Of a DNA stretch of 64,000 bases, positions 51,186 to 64,000 are shown one piece after another. Source of the DNA: Hydrolagus colliei (Eukaryota). Every line of letters begins with the position of its first letter. Position 1 is the stretch's first letter. A program made the translations under genes and the position numbers. The notes beneath the pieces are model-generated. The model did not search any database, was not told the DNA's origin, and saw only the letters and a program-made list of their open reading frames with translations. The stretch is from assembly GCA_035084275.1 (NCBI GenBank), contig CM068742.1:143592001-143656000 (forward strand), given 5' to 3'.

Positions 51186-53024
51186 ATACCATGGTTCAAT
51201 GTTGATGTTCTGTCACTTAAGATGTAATGAAGGTTTATTTCATCTTTCCATACACCACTGATCGTGCTTTTGTGGAGCTCTCAGTAGTTTGGTGCAGATT
51301 CTTTTTAAGCAGGATTTCTGTATGTCAGTTACCTGACTGACACTGTCCCAAATTAAAGCATTTTCCTCCACGTGGTTCTAAAATGAAGTGAGTGCCTAGT
51401 GAATGAGCAGGAACACTTCTACTCCAATCTGAGGCTTTCTGGGTGGGCGATAAGCAGCGCAACTAATCTCTCTTCCTGACCATTTCAAGAATGGCCAAGT
51501 TTGCCTGCTATTCAGTCTGGAAACACAGTTTTGAATAATAATCCTGCAAATAATCATGCACAGTGCAGAAAGAGCCCAGCTCCATAAGAGTCATATAGCA
51601 CTTAGCTTTTAGTGAAAATAAACTCTTCCATTACAAATCCTTAAGTGGGCAAACTTGGTGGAAAGCACAAACAGCCTCTTGAAGAATACTTCAATGGCTT
51701 AGATTTTCTTTCCCCCCCTACCACGCCCCTCACCCCCATGCTATACAGCGTATGAAAATTCTCATCAACCCTCACTGGCACTCCACAATACTGGTGAATG
51801 ACATGTTGGCAGGAAATCAGAGTTGTTCACACATTCACCTCTCTTCTGCTACATGACAGGACTCTACCCTGCAACCATTTGTGTTACCATGGAAACTTTT
51901 GGTCTCCAGTGAATGAAATATTTGAAGGATGCTAAATAAGGCTGAGAAAATATTCAGTGTTTTATTCAACCAATTCAGGAGCTTTGCATTTTACAGTTGT
52001 GAAAAACAGCTCCTTTTGCAAGGTTCAAGCTCATCTTTGTGTTAATGTTGGCTTTTCTTAAATTTAAAAAATAAACACAAAATGCGGTTCACTAAAACAT
52101 GTGGCCTTTCATTGCAAAGATACCGCATGGCTCTGCCAATATTTGACAGTAATTTAGTGGTTAACCTCTTTTTAATAAACTCTCTCTAATTTTGACCTAC
52201 CAATTAATACTTCTTCAATTTGAAAAACAAACTAGCTCATATTCATTTCATTGACTGCTTCCCCCTCAATAATATAAACAGCTTGGCTCGCTTACTTTTC
52301 ATCCTCATTCCCAATTTCATGTTGCAAATTTGAAAGGTCAATATTTATAGCAGATGTATAATAACAATAATAATAATTCTAATCACTGCATTTGGTACAG
52401 TTCTTTATTGCATCGTTGAAACGTCTCAAAGTGATTCACAAGATTTACTGTGAAATGTAGCGTTTGTGAAATTGTAGGCAAATGCAGCAGACAATTTGCG
52501 CAGCTACATCCCACAGCCATGATGTGAATGACCAAATGTATTTGCTGTATAACGGCTTCACAAAATGCCTTGCAAATCACCAACAGGCTGAGCAAGTTAG
52601 TTTGCGGGGGAGGGATTTTTACCATTCATTTTTTACTATACTTTACAAGGGACAGCTTGTGCAAATATGTCTTGCATCTGTAACAGTGGGTTATATGGTG
52701 GCCTTTATTGGAAAGTTCCAAGTAGTAAGGTTTGTGATAACTTTCATTTGAAGCATCTCCCAGTACCTCTAATAACTTCTCATGTCCTCTTATTAGTGGC
52801 AGCTTGGATCAGTTGGTAACACTGGTTGTGATTCAAAGCCCCATGTTGGAATTTCTATTCAGAGTGCAGGCTGACACTGGGAGGAGTGCTGCATGGTTGG
52901 AGGTGCTGTCCTTCAGATGAGATGCTAAAGCGAAGGCCTGTTTGTTCAGAGTAAAGTTAAGAGTTTTTTCCTGGTATTCTAGCTACAGGGCCTTCATACC
53001 TCTTGTATGATCACCAGTAAATAC

Positions 53025-53685
53025 TAGGGTCCGGCGATATATCGATATATCGCTAAAAACAGATATAATTTTCATATCGATACGCCGATATAGGCATTTC
53101 AAAAATATTGATATATCGAAAAGTCGATATATCGAGGTAAACAATCGGAATGCGCGCACACTGAACTACAAGACCCCAAATGCTCATCTCTATACACAAT
53201 GCACAGACCGAGGTGCAAAGCCGCCATATTGTATTCATAGTCCTAGAATATGCAAGAGGGGGGGGGGGGGTGGGAAGAGATGACGGGGGGGTGGGGGGGG
53301 AAAGAGACGACGACGGGGGGGGGGGGGGGGGGGGTGAGAGAGGGATGGCGGCGGGAGGAGAGAGGAACGGCGGCGGGGGAGTGGGGGGGGGGGAGACGGG
53401 GTGGATGTGATAATATACAGATAGATACAGATGGGGGGGATGTGAGAGGAGAGAGACACAGAGACACAGACAGAAAAACACAGAGATGGAGAGAGTGAGA
53501 GACACAGATAAAGAAAGATATTTACCTCCTGAGGAGATAGGCCCCAAATGCGCGCGCACCCGGAATGCGCGCACTGCGCGCCCATGCGCAGTACGAAAAA
53601 CCCGAAAATATCGATATTTCGGTATATCTCGATATGAGCCCGTCGATATATCTAAATCGGAAAATTTCCATATCGACGGACCCTA
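53025..53685. mobile_element. hAT-superfamily (Ac-like TAGGG termini) non-autonomous element, 661 bp
   Basis: TIRs TAGGGTCCGGCGATAT / ATATCGACGGACCCTA; 8-bp TSD GTAAATAC (53017-24) / GTGAATAC (53686-93); many subterminal CGATAT/ATATCG repeats; G-rich low-complexity interior. Confidence 0.92.
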
Positions 53686-56584
53686 GTGAATACCGTATCT
53701 TCCATCATCCTACTAAATAAATAATTCCAATGTCTTGGCTTCAAATCATCCAAATTCAAATAACTGCACGTTTATCCATGAAAAACATTTGAGCCCTGGG
53801 CAATGCTCCACGCCGTGTTAGTTTAAGTCAAATTGACTATTTTGACCAGAGCTCATAAAAAAAGAAACTATGTTGATCTCAACAGCCAATGAAAAATCAT
53901 TGAGTAAATGTTCAGGCACCAACTAGCTTCCTTATTTTAATGACATTTCTTTAATGAAGGGACAGTGAGGCGAAGGTGTTTACTTTACAGCATTTGCACA
54001 TTACAAAGTCCCACAAATATGGAGTGAATGACCAATCCATTTTCAAACAGTGCCATGGGATCTTTAACATCCAGCTGGTCAGACATGGTGGGACCTCAGA
54101 CAATGGTGCAGATCCCTACACCATTGGAATGTTATCGTAGACTGTATGGGTTCCAACTCCTGACTTGGGGCTTGAACTCACATCCTTCTGATTCAGAGGC
54201 AAGAGCACTGTCAACTGAGGCAGGCTAACACCTAATTGTGTTGTTCATTTTGTGGCTATTTGGGGGATATTATAGTGACAAATTGGCTACTGCGTTTGCC
54301 TACAAATACAAAATTACAACATTCTTGGCTGAAGATGTGAATACCTGTAAGTGCTTTTCAACAATATGATAAGGTTTTCGTATCAGAGTATATTATTATA
54401 GTCACCTCCCTCCTTATCTTCTCTGCTCAGCGTAACCAGTAACTGCACATGGGTCGATGGATCAAGACTACATTTCCCTCAATTTAATGTGGCCAGCCAG
54501 TAAGTGCTCATGTGTCGATTTCAGGTCCTCCCGACGTGAAAGGCACTGTATAAATGTAATTTTATTGTTGTTGTTCTTGTGATTCAATACAGCTGGTAAG
54601 CGAGGGTGTTATGGAGGATAGAGGAGTGGCGTTAAGAGTTAAGAAGTGATAAATATGACTAGTGCAAAGAAATCAAAGTGGTTTTGATTGTAAACTAAAT
54701 AGGATTCGGGTGAATATACATCTTTGGCGATTATACAATGTATAAAGGTAACACTTATGCGAGTTTTACTGCATAAAGAAATGTTCTCGTAATGGGGGTG
54801 TCAATGGACTGGAGGGATGAGCTTCAGCACCTGAATGGCTTTTATCCACCCCTGACCTCACTTATGTTTTGCATTCATTCCAAAAATAAAAAAAGGTGCA
54901 GTAAATTCTTAATCCTAATTGTTGGAAATGTTAGGAAAGGATTTCATTTGAACTGAAGCCTTTCATTCGGTTTCCTTCAAGTTTCGGGTCAATCATTGCA
55001 GTAACTAAAGACAGTACTTATTGTCCATGCTCATTTATGTTTGGGAGGTCATTATTGGAGAGATGCTACTGCTGCTTAATCACAAAAATCCTATTGCCTT
55101 TGATGCAGAGGTGTCATTGATATCAGCAGTACCCTGAAGGTCTGCAAGCCAAACATCAGACGATGACTGGGAGTACTGATATTCTCTCCACCATGACATC
55201 AAAAGGAGCCAATTAGCAGATACTGAGCATGGCTAATTTATTTTAATCAAAAACTTTTCCTTTGCTCTTCGAAAATCAACTGATAAGTGAAGCCTGGAGC
55301 AGAGAGAGCGAGAGAGAAATCACTTGAGTCTGGATTTCACCTCACGTCCGACAAGACGTCGGTTCTAAAAAAAATTAGAGCCTTCAATGGAAAGAATACC
55401 AAGTGTAGGAATGATCCCCCTCCCCGTACAAAGTCAATCAAGAGAAACATAAGTAAGTGACCCATTGTGTGAAGCGCTGTGAGACACAAGTTTCTATATC
55501 AAACCCAAGTATTGCCTATTTTTGATTTTAAAAAGATTCCAGATCTTATTACTCAATGTACATATTTTGCTTTGTCCACCATTATTGTGCATTGTGTGGT
55601 TGGTCCAGAGGGATTCCTCCTTCAGTTGAGGTTGTAAATTTTTTCCCACGATTGACTATCAAACCTGGTATAGCCATTGCTTTTCCATTCTCTCTCTGTC
55701 TCTCACTCTCTCCCTCACTTTCCCCTCCCCTGTAGTGGAGCTTTCTGCTGTCCCAATGGTGCTCCACCCAAAGGTCCAACATAAATCTGCAGAAACTCAA
55801 CAGAACGGAATGCTAGGTTACACTTTGACCTCAGCCTCTGACCCCCAGACAGAGGAGTGAATGCTCTCACTGATAGGCTGCCATTCTCGCACAGCTCAAT
55901 CTGCTCTTCACTAAAACAAACGGGGGAAATACAGACTCATAAATACTGCCCCTGACATCAGCAGAACATCAAAGGAGATTTTTATGCAATTGAATCATTT
56001 GGGGATTTTTCTTTAAGTTGTGGAGAATGTAATTTGGGCTTTGAAGCTTTAGATCATGAGCGTATCAGTGTTCCAAACCCTGGATACCCTGCAAAATTCA
56101 CAGGCCTTTCAGTTCTGCACAGATTTTGAACCAAGTCACAATTTTTCAGTCAGTCTTGAATCAAGTTGCAAATTAGCCAAATGTAAACATGCATTGAACA
56201 TAAACTAGCTCAGGATTTCCATCGGGTCCCAAATTCATTTGAATATCTTCATCTACTTCACAATCTCCCCGACTTGCCCCTTCCCTCTCTGCTTTCAAAT
56301 GCACCTTTTTTAAATGTGTTTTCAACCATTGCTTGTCTCTTTCCATTACTCGCCACCCCTTCTCCACCCCCAACCGCCCCCCCCCCCCCCCCCCCACACA
56401 ACACACACACTATCTTCCTCTGTCAAGCTTCGCTCAATCTTTGTAAAACACTGTGAGAACTGTGCAAAAGTGCAAATTGTTGAAATTGCTATTGACTTGG
56501 AAGGCGCTCTGAAGGCGCTCTGGAGAATCAAGTAGCATAAGATTGTTCAAATCCGAGCTAGTTCTAACAGAGAGTTTAACATAA

Positions 56585-57225
56585 ATGATAAATAATGCTT
56601 GCATTTGATGTTGCACTTTATCACACTGAAATATCTCAAAGTGGTTCACAGGTAATTGATGTCAAGTGTAATGACTGTTTTTGTTGGCAAACATGGCAAC
56701 CATTTTGTGCACAGCAAGAGCTCACAAACAGTCATGAATGCTAAATGTTTCTGGAGGATTTTTAATCAGGACACCAGGAGAATCAACGTTCTCTATTAGA
56801 AAAGTGCCACAAGATCTTTAACATCCACCCAAAGAACAGACAACTACAATTTTAGTCTAATGTCGAAGGCAATAGTGGCCAACCCATGGCCAATGTGCCA
56901 ATAGGTGTCAGGAAGTGGCCCGTTGATCTTCGTGTAGTCTGGGAAAGTCTGTGTTAAATTAACCTTATATTTCCAGTAGCTACTGCATAGTGACATTTAT
57001 GGTGTGGCCCTAAATCAATAAATATTCAATCAAGAAAAAATGATTAGGTTGGCCACCACTGGACTATTGTCTCATTTGAAAGACTGGACCTCTGACAATG
57101 CAGATTTCCCCAGGATTAGACTATCGTGTGCGTCTAGAATGTGAGCTCAAGTCCACTCCTGGAGCCTAGACCCTCAACCTTCTGACCCAGTGGCGAGAGG
57201 GCAAACAACTGAACCAAGCTGAAAG
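56585..57225 (-). mobile_element. family-B SINE with nested MITE
   Basis: tail TGCTTGCATTTGATG, core GATCTTTAACATCCACC, head CAACCTTCTGACCCAGTGGCGAGAG..CAACTGAACCAAGCTG. Confidence 0.75.
56870..57061. mobile_element. old hAT-Charlie-like MITE, ~190 bp
   Basis: imperfect 15-bp TIRs CAATAGTGGCCAACC / GGTTGGCCACCACTG; TSD not convincingly preserved. Confidence 0.6.
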
Positions 57226-58499
57226 TTCAACACATGCTGGCACCAATTGGTTAGAAGTAATGAGGAAGACTGATTTTGTCTGCAGCTATGTGTAATCCCA
57301 CCATTTATTTGTGCTAAGGCATCAAACTATGAGAACACCTCACATCAATGAGTTTGTACAATGCAACAGAAATTTAACACATAAGAGGTTTCTTTTGTTA
57401 TTTGTACAATCATTGAGAGAAAGCTGTGCTGCTGTGTCATACAAACTGAAACTATTGCTCAATCGCTGTTCTGTAGTCAATGTGACCTCTTCAAATTAAA
57501 TATCCAGGCTTAACAATGCTCTAAAAATAACAGGAAGTACATTCCTCTCAAAAGCATGCATAGCTCTTTTGCTACTGTTCAATTAATCATTTTCCCAGGC
57601 CTGTACCACACAGCAGGCACTTGTGCACTTGCCTTGTAGGGCAAGTGCCAAATTAGCATAGTTTTCCTGGATCTCACTTCTGTCTGCCCGGGGCAAAGAG
57701 TTAACTGAACGGAGCCCTAATTTTTCACAATCTAGGTATTTTACAATGGCTCCTGCTCTCAGTAAAATAGCTAATGTAATCTGCCTCTCAGTTTGAAGCA
57801 AATGGAAAAGCCCAAACGTTACGGAGTATAAATAGCTTCAAACAGCTCTTTCAGGGCAAGGTCAAAGAAACGGTAACGTGCGCTACTAAATCATCCAGAA
57901 ACTGTCATAGAAACAAATTGTTTAACATAATCTTCAACTAGCCTTCAGGGCAATAGCAGTTGGATTTTGCACAATTCATGTTTTTTCATACTGCTGGTTG
58001 GCTCCCTTCAGAGCTCGACAGCACTCTCCTGGGTTTATTTTCCGCTAACGCTGCATTGTCCAACAATAGCTACATTTTAATAAAAGATTTTGTTGTTGAT
58101 GGGGGGGAAGGGGGCGTTCAGTGGCACCAGCAAGTGTTTTTTTGGGGGGTGACACTGCTTTAAATCCTCTGCTTCAATGAGTGCCCAATCTCTGCAACCT
58201 GCTGTGGGGAGGTGCCAAGCAGAGCAAGGAATGGAGCCACCAGACATACTGTCCCACACACTCAGTTGAATGGCAGCATTGACAGAAGCTGCTTACTTGC
58301 CTGGCTGCCATCTTAACCATGTGAAACATAGGAAAACAGAGATAGGAAGAGGCCATTCAACTCATCGGGCATTTGCCAACAACTTATGAGATCTTGTCAG
58401 ATGTTTATATCGCAATGCCCCTTAACACCTCTAATTCTCTTTTTAAAGGAAAATATAAATTTCCACACAGCATTATTGTGGGAACTAAAAATGTGACCA

Positions 58500-58800
58500 A
58501 AATATAGGGAGAAACTCCCTTCATGTGCTGATTAGTACAATGGGTACTATCATATCCAACTGAACCAGTGGATCAGACCGTAATTTGATACCTTCTCTGC
58601 AGCGCTTTGGAACATCTTCCCAATGTGAAAGACGCTTTATAAATGTAATTTTGTTGTTGTTTTGTTGTAAGATTCCACCTCTGACAATGCAGCACTCCCT
58701 CAGTTCCCTCCCTCCTTCAACAGTGTCGACTGCAACAACTTGCATTTATAACTACAAGCTCAAGTCCTACATGGCTAGTTGTGCAAGTTACAAGAGGCCT
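58500..58800 (-). mobile_element. family-B SINE fragment with nested plus-strand L2 tail (~58595-58668)
   Basis: CACCTCTGACAATGCAGCACTCCCTCAGT core; GCAGCGCTTTGGAACATCTTCCCAATGTGAAAGACGCT tail. Confidence 0.7.
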
Positions 58801-59299
58801 ATGTTACAGTACTGCAGCATGAGACAACCCCTTCAGGCCAGACTAGGCCAAGCAGAGAGACTAGCGAAGACAATTGGAGGGGAGGAGGATAAAAGCTTGG
58901 GATCTTGTAACCAAATTATTTTATACATGTTTTAACGAATAAGTCATTTAATCTTCTTGATCCTTTTAGAAAAAAGACATCAACAGAGGTTTAGAGTCTA
59001 TTTCAATGTTAACCAAGACTACATCAACTCAATTTCAAGTAATTTGACTTAAGCCTTTTTAAGTAATATTTCAGATTGCTGTCATTCCACTGCTGGAGAC
59101 TGCGGCATTTGTCCCTCAGGGGGATTACAAGAAAATCCTTTAACCCAATGTTATGCTTACTTCACAACAGACTCCTGTTCTGTGAGCCACTTTAGGTTTA
59201 TTGCCTGTGGGCAACATACAACCAGTTCTGCCCACGTTGCCCAAACACAACAGAACAAATAGCAGCCGTTGCCACACATCTTTTGATTTTTTTTTAACT

Positions 59300-59800
59300 C
59301 ATCAGGACTTTGAAGTCAGATAGTCCAGGCTGACACTCCCATGTGATGCTGGGGCTACACTACGTTGTCAGAGGTGCCGTCCTTCAGATGAGGTGTTAAA
59401 CTGAGGTCCCGTCTGCCTGTGCAGGTGGACGTTAAAGATCCCATGGCATGTAAACAGAACCGAGTTTCTCCTGGTGTCCTGGCCAACAATCCCCCAAATA
59501 AAATGGTACAGCAATTTGACTTTAACAATCCTAGGCCTGGCGGAGTGAGTTGGGGGTGGGGGGGGGGGATAAGTGGAGCATAATCCAAGCCAGGATTCGC
59601 CACTTCAGGACACTCTGGTTGAGAGAAGGAATTGAATCCTTCAAAATCGATCAGCGATATTATTGACTGGCAAGCTTCAGTCTTCCTGACACAGTTTCTC
59701 ATTCCTTCATTTTGCTCACACAATTTACAGTCAATTCACTTTACAATATATTCTTTGAAGCATCTCAACAAGATGCTATGTCGAATGCTATTATTATTCT
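59300..59800 (+). mobile_element. family-B SINE interrupted by ~200 bp of unrelated sequence
   Basis: well preserved Deu core GTCAGAGGTGCCGTCCTTCAGATGAGGTGTTAAACTGAGGTCCCGTCTGCC...GGACGTTAAAGATCCCATGGCA; tail ~59710-59800. Confidence 0.8.
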
Positions 59801-61344
59801 GTGGGATCATAGAATTTTAAATTACAGGATGCCACTCGGCCTATTCCACTCCAACCAAGAGATGAAGATGATCATAGAAACAGGGGAGGTCAATCGGCCA
59901 ATTCAAGCCTATTCTGCTGACAGGGCAGGTTTTTTGAATCCCATGTCTCCGTGTACCCCTATGTTAGTGTACACTAACCGGTTAAATTTTAAAAAAACTG
60001 GCTCCATGGGATTATTCAGCAGCCAGAGTGACTGATTTATGGGCCTCTTGTGCTCCCAGGCGGCACTAGGTTTCATTCCGACTACAGTAAAAGACATTTC
60101 ACTTCGAAAAGTCAGAGAAGGTAAAAACAGTGAACTGACTAACTCTTCAAAGAGAGAATGTCATATGTACAAGGTGTTCACAAAGTTCTCTCACCCGCAT
60201 TTTGTTTCCAGAGTGAACTAACCAATAACTGAACCATGTTGAAGAATGATGATAATTGAACAGTATTTCAAAGTTCTTAATTGTATTCAGTACAAGAGTT
60301 TGACTGCATTTAGATGCCCATAAGATCAGTAAGAGTGCCATCATTTTCATGGCAGATAATGATCCATCACAATGTTTGGCGTGACATCTTCTGCAACATG
60401 ATGGAGTGACAAGGCAAAATGCATCTCTGACAGCTTGTTTCAGCTTCTCCGTAGTCTCATATTGCTGTTTGGTAATAACAAGGGAGTAGCAGAATTTTGT
60501 GGACCCCCTGTGCTGCTTGATGGGAACAGGAATAGGCCATTCATCTCCTTGAGCCTATTCTGCCATTCTACAAGATCATGGGTGATCTGTACCTCAACTC
60601 CAATTACTCTCCTTGCCCCATACATAACAAATATCTATCCACTCAGCTCAAGGCATCCTCAAAGGATGATATTACAAGTGATTTCATGTGTCGTTTTCAT
60701 AGTAAGCTACTCAGGTTTCCCTTATATGCTTAACTGGAAGTCGATTAAGTGGAGTTTAAGTTGCTGATAGCATTAAAACAATTTGACTCTGTAGCAGTCT
60801 GGTACTGGCAGCAAGGCAGTTCTTTGAAGCTGAAAGATGCAAAGCTTTGATAAACACTCTTAATTTTTGTTTACAAAGATTATCACACTCCAGTGAGGAG
60901 AGATTATCGCTTTGTATAAGTCTCACTCACCCTCCGAGATTACTGCCATCAGCTTTCCTTATTGAGACACTTTCTGGCAGTGGTAGTAGTCAGAGATCGA
61001 TAGCAAATCGCACCACATGTTGACAAGCTTTATCACTGTGCAAAGGCATGGAGCTGAACATTCATACCGGCCCCATAATTCATAGCAGCACCAGCAAGTG
61101 GGTCTGAAATAAAGCTCCTGGATTTCTTCGCTGGTGGCCAGTCGTGTATGAAGAGGCATTTCATATAATGGGGGCCTTAACATTTTCTCAGAGAATCCTC
61201 AACAGATGCCAGCTTGGCTTAGGTGGTAGCATACTAACCTCCGTATCCTAAGGTGATGCGGTTAGAGAGATCTGTTATGGGTTTTGTAGAGGAGTGAGTT
61301 TCTCCTGATGTTCTGACCAATTCACTTGTTTCTTTCTTTCTTTT

Positions 61345-61668
61345 TCCCTTGCATTTAATATAGCGCTTTTCATATCTTATCGACGTCCCGAAGTGCTTCA
61401 CAGAATATACTGTAAAGTGAGTTGACCGTATATTTGTGGGTGAATCGCGGCAGCCAATTGCGCACAGCAGTGTCCCACCAACAGTCTTGGGTTGAAATGA
61501 CCAATTTGAATATCGTGATTTTTTTTGAAGGGACTATTATTAGGCGTGTGGAATAAGGAAACTTGCCCAAAGTTTCGCCCTGACCTGCCTGGATTCGAAC
61601 ACAGGTCTCCCCAGCTTGCTCTCCCCAGCTTGCAAGACAAGTGCTCCAACCACTAAGCCACAGGAATG
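61345..61668 (-). mobile_element. SINE family A (short variant), full length, nested in a family-B SINE
   Basis: very similar to 38333-38660 including CTTGCAAGCTGGGGAG (here duplicated); host SINE at ~61208-61330 and ~61670-61815. Confidence 0.92.
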
Positions 61669-64000
61669 CCTTGGTCATTCAAGTTCATGGCTGTTTGTGG
61701 GTGCTAAGTTTGTCTGCAAAAACAGTAACTACACCTTAACGAGTAACTCTTGTAAATGCAATGAGACATCTCGGTGACGTGTTATTCATGGTATCAAAAG
61801 CAAAGAATATTATTATACAATTGCCCACTGAGCAGTTGAATTCACAGCTCAGTCCAGTACTGAAGGATTGGTGCCATCCTAACTAGCAGCATCTCTGTAT
61901 CACAACCTGCTAGCCCACAGTCTATAACCTTATGAGTGGGGACTTTAACTTCGCTTGAGATGGGTGGGGGAGGCACTTTTGTTTGTTATGGAGGAGTGTT
62001 TTTTCATCATGGCATCCAAGTCAGTCACGTTTACTAAACAGTGACTGATCTCAATGGCTTTACTGTTCTCAGGTGAAGGCATTTTATTTGCATCTCTAAG
62101 AGCATCCAAGGTACCTGACAAGCTGTGCAGGGTATGGTCATCATGTGTGGGTAGGGACACGTTGGATGGTTTCAAACCTCAATTAGAGAAAAGCTGGAAT
62201 GTAGTAATAATAAACCTTACATTTGATGCAGGGCCTTACTTACCGTGTCTTCGGGACATCTCAAAGCACTTCACAGAATTTACTGTAAAGTGAATTGACT
62301 GCATAATTTATGGGCAAAACTGCCCAATGTAGCAATGTGGTACTCCCTTAGACTTCATTCAAATGGCAGCCTATAATATAGGTGACATGGGGTTCGAACC
62401 CACAACTGTCTGACTCAGAAGCAAGTTTGCTGCCCAATAATCCAGGCCTTCGTAACCCTCTTAAAAACAAATTGTAAGAATGGCTTTGCTAGGAATAGAG
62501 GCTCCTCTGTCTCAGCTCAAGCAGCATTCTAACATAGAATAAGAAAGGTGCCTTTTCCATTAATAGCCACTGAAAGTATGCATTAAATGCGAGTAACCAA
62601 TACATTTGTGACAGATTCTGTGTCAGATACATGTTACAGTTAACCTGCTAACAAACATTTGTATTAATTTGTCACCAAGCTAGTCAGTGATTATCTTGGT
62701 TAGTTTGCTGCCAACCGACAATTTTACTTCTTGATTAATGATCATGGATTCTGGACTAACACAATAAATTTCTATTCTTGAGTGTGAAAGCCTTGATTTT
62801 ACTTTAGATTAAAGATTAAATGCTCCTCCATGTTTTGATAAGTTTTGGGTGGGTCAATTGGTTTTTCACTACAAGTGCATGTTATAATTTATAAAGGCAA
62901 CTTGTGTTAAGTTACTGGTTTCTACAGCTCCAAATATTTAGTCTTCCAGGCCACGTCTCTAAATAATCCCAGCAGTTATGGGGTTAAAACTCATCTTCAT
63001 GCATTCTTTGGTCTATCTTTTCTCTCTCTCTCTCTTGCTTTCCATTCTTTGGGTTTTTGTCATTCTCCTGAATTTAGACTGTTCCTTTACCTCAGTATGG
63101 GTCTGGGCAGATGTCCAAATTTCCCTCCCACAGACAAAACAATTCCACCGCATCAATACTGCCCTTTTTTACACCCTGAATGATTGATAATGTCTTCTCA
63201 GTTCCCTGCGCTTAGAGCCCTTCTCTATTGGGGATCTATCCTCTGTGGGAAACAAACACTGCAGACACAAGGCACGGCACCCCTTTGGTTCTTTTGAAAC
63301 AGACCCTACTCCAGCCATTCAAAACAGGCCCGACAGGTCCAAAGCAAACAAACAAATGCATACCAACAGTTATTTCTTTTGGCCCTTCACAGGTTGCAGA
63401 TCGCCAGCAGGAAAGACTGGATTTAAGCTTGCACTGAACTGATCTGTCTCGTCACCTCATTCTCCACTTCCCACAGAAAAGGGAAGGGAGGGGGGAGGAG
63501 GCCTGATTGCATCTGTCAGCTTGCTGACAATAGGTCTTCTTGTAAGCACGTCCAACACTTTCCCAACAGTTCATTCAGACACATTAAGAAGTCCTTCATC
63601 ACACATGATCAGACTCAAAACGGATATTTTGTTGAAAGAAAATGTACATGGATAAGAATGGGCCAAGTCTAATAAAATAATCTCAGCAAAGAAAAACTGA
63701 TCAGCAATTCCAAAATAGCCATAAAAGCATCATGCATTTAAAATTGCTACAGTTGAAAAAAAGGGCAGACCTAGAAAATGCACCATAATCTGTTGTAATT
63801 CATGGTCTGACTACATTTGCTGTACGCCATCCTATTCAAAAAAGACAGCTGCATAGATAATGTGCATTGAAACAGAAAGTACATTGCAGGATGCTCAAAG
63901 TTTTTACCTAAAAGTTTACTCCTTTGGTGTTGTCATTTCGCAATGCAAAACTATTTGATCTTTGGTATCAAGTTAACGTTCATAATTTGAAGACTTTAAG

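Noticed and set aside
53053-53585. Pro-rich and Gly-rich ORFs
   Set aside because: Translation of poly-G low-complexity sequence inside a hAT non-autonomous element
1-64000. CRISPR array, prokaryotic operons, rRNA, known miRNA hairpins
   Set aside because: Recurring 60-300 bp motifs are dispersed on both strands with variable spacing and are retroposon tails; no rRNA-like or familiar mature miRNA sequence was recognised by eye, though a formal Rfam search was not possible

Overview
Eukaryotic, AT-rich, CpG-depleted vertebrate DNA. The repeat complement (tRNA-derived SINEs with a Deu-like domain, LF-SINE-like copies, abundant L2 and CR1 LINE 3' ends) points to a cartilaginous fish, probably a chimaera or elephant-shark relative; this is inference. 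I cannot support any host protein-coding gene. The ORF track is almost entirely spurious, except for reverse-transcriptase remnants: L2 at ~41.3-42.65 kb with YADD mutated to YAAD, and CR1 at ~15.4-16.0 kb. The window looks like a long intron or intergenic interval packed with nested retroposons and four to six small DNA-transposon derivatives (two related TA-targeting MITEs and a young hAT MITE with an 8-bp TSD). A repeat-poor, CpG-richer island at ~43.9-45.5 kb carries four clustered minus-strand splice donors and may be an alternative-promoter region of an unidentified gene. The most unusual items are a composite retroposon of tandem ~148-bp Deu-domain units ending in an L2 tail (two independent copies) and a covarying 3' stem-loop shared by several LINE/SINE tail families. 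Family names are recognised from memory, not from a database search, and repeat boundaries are approximate unless TIR/TSD positions are given.
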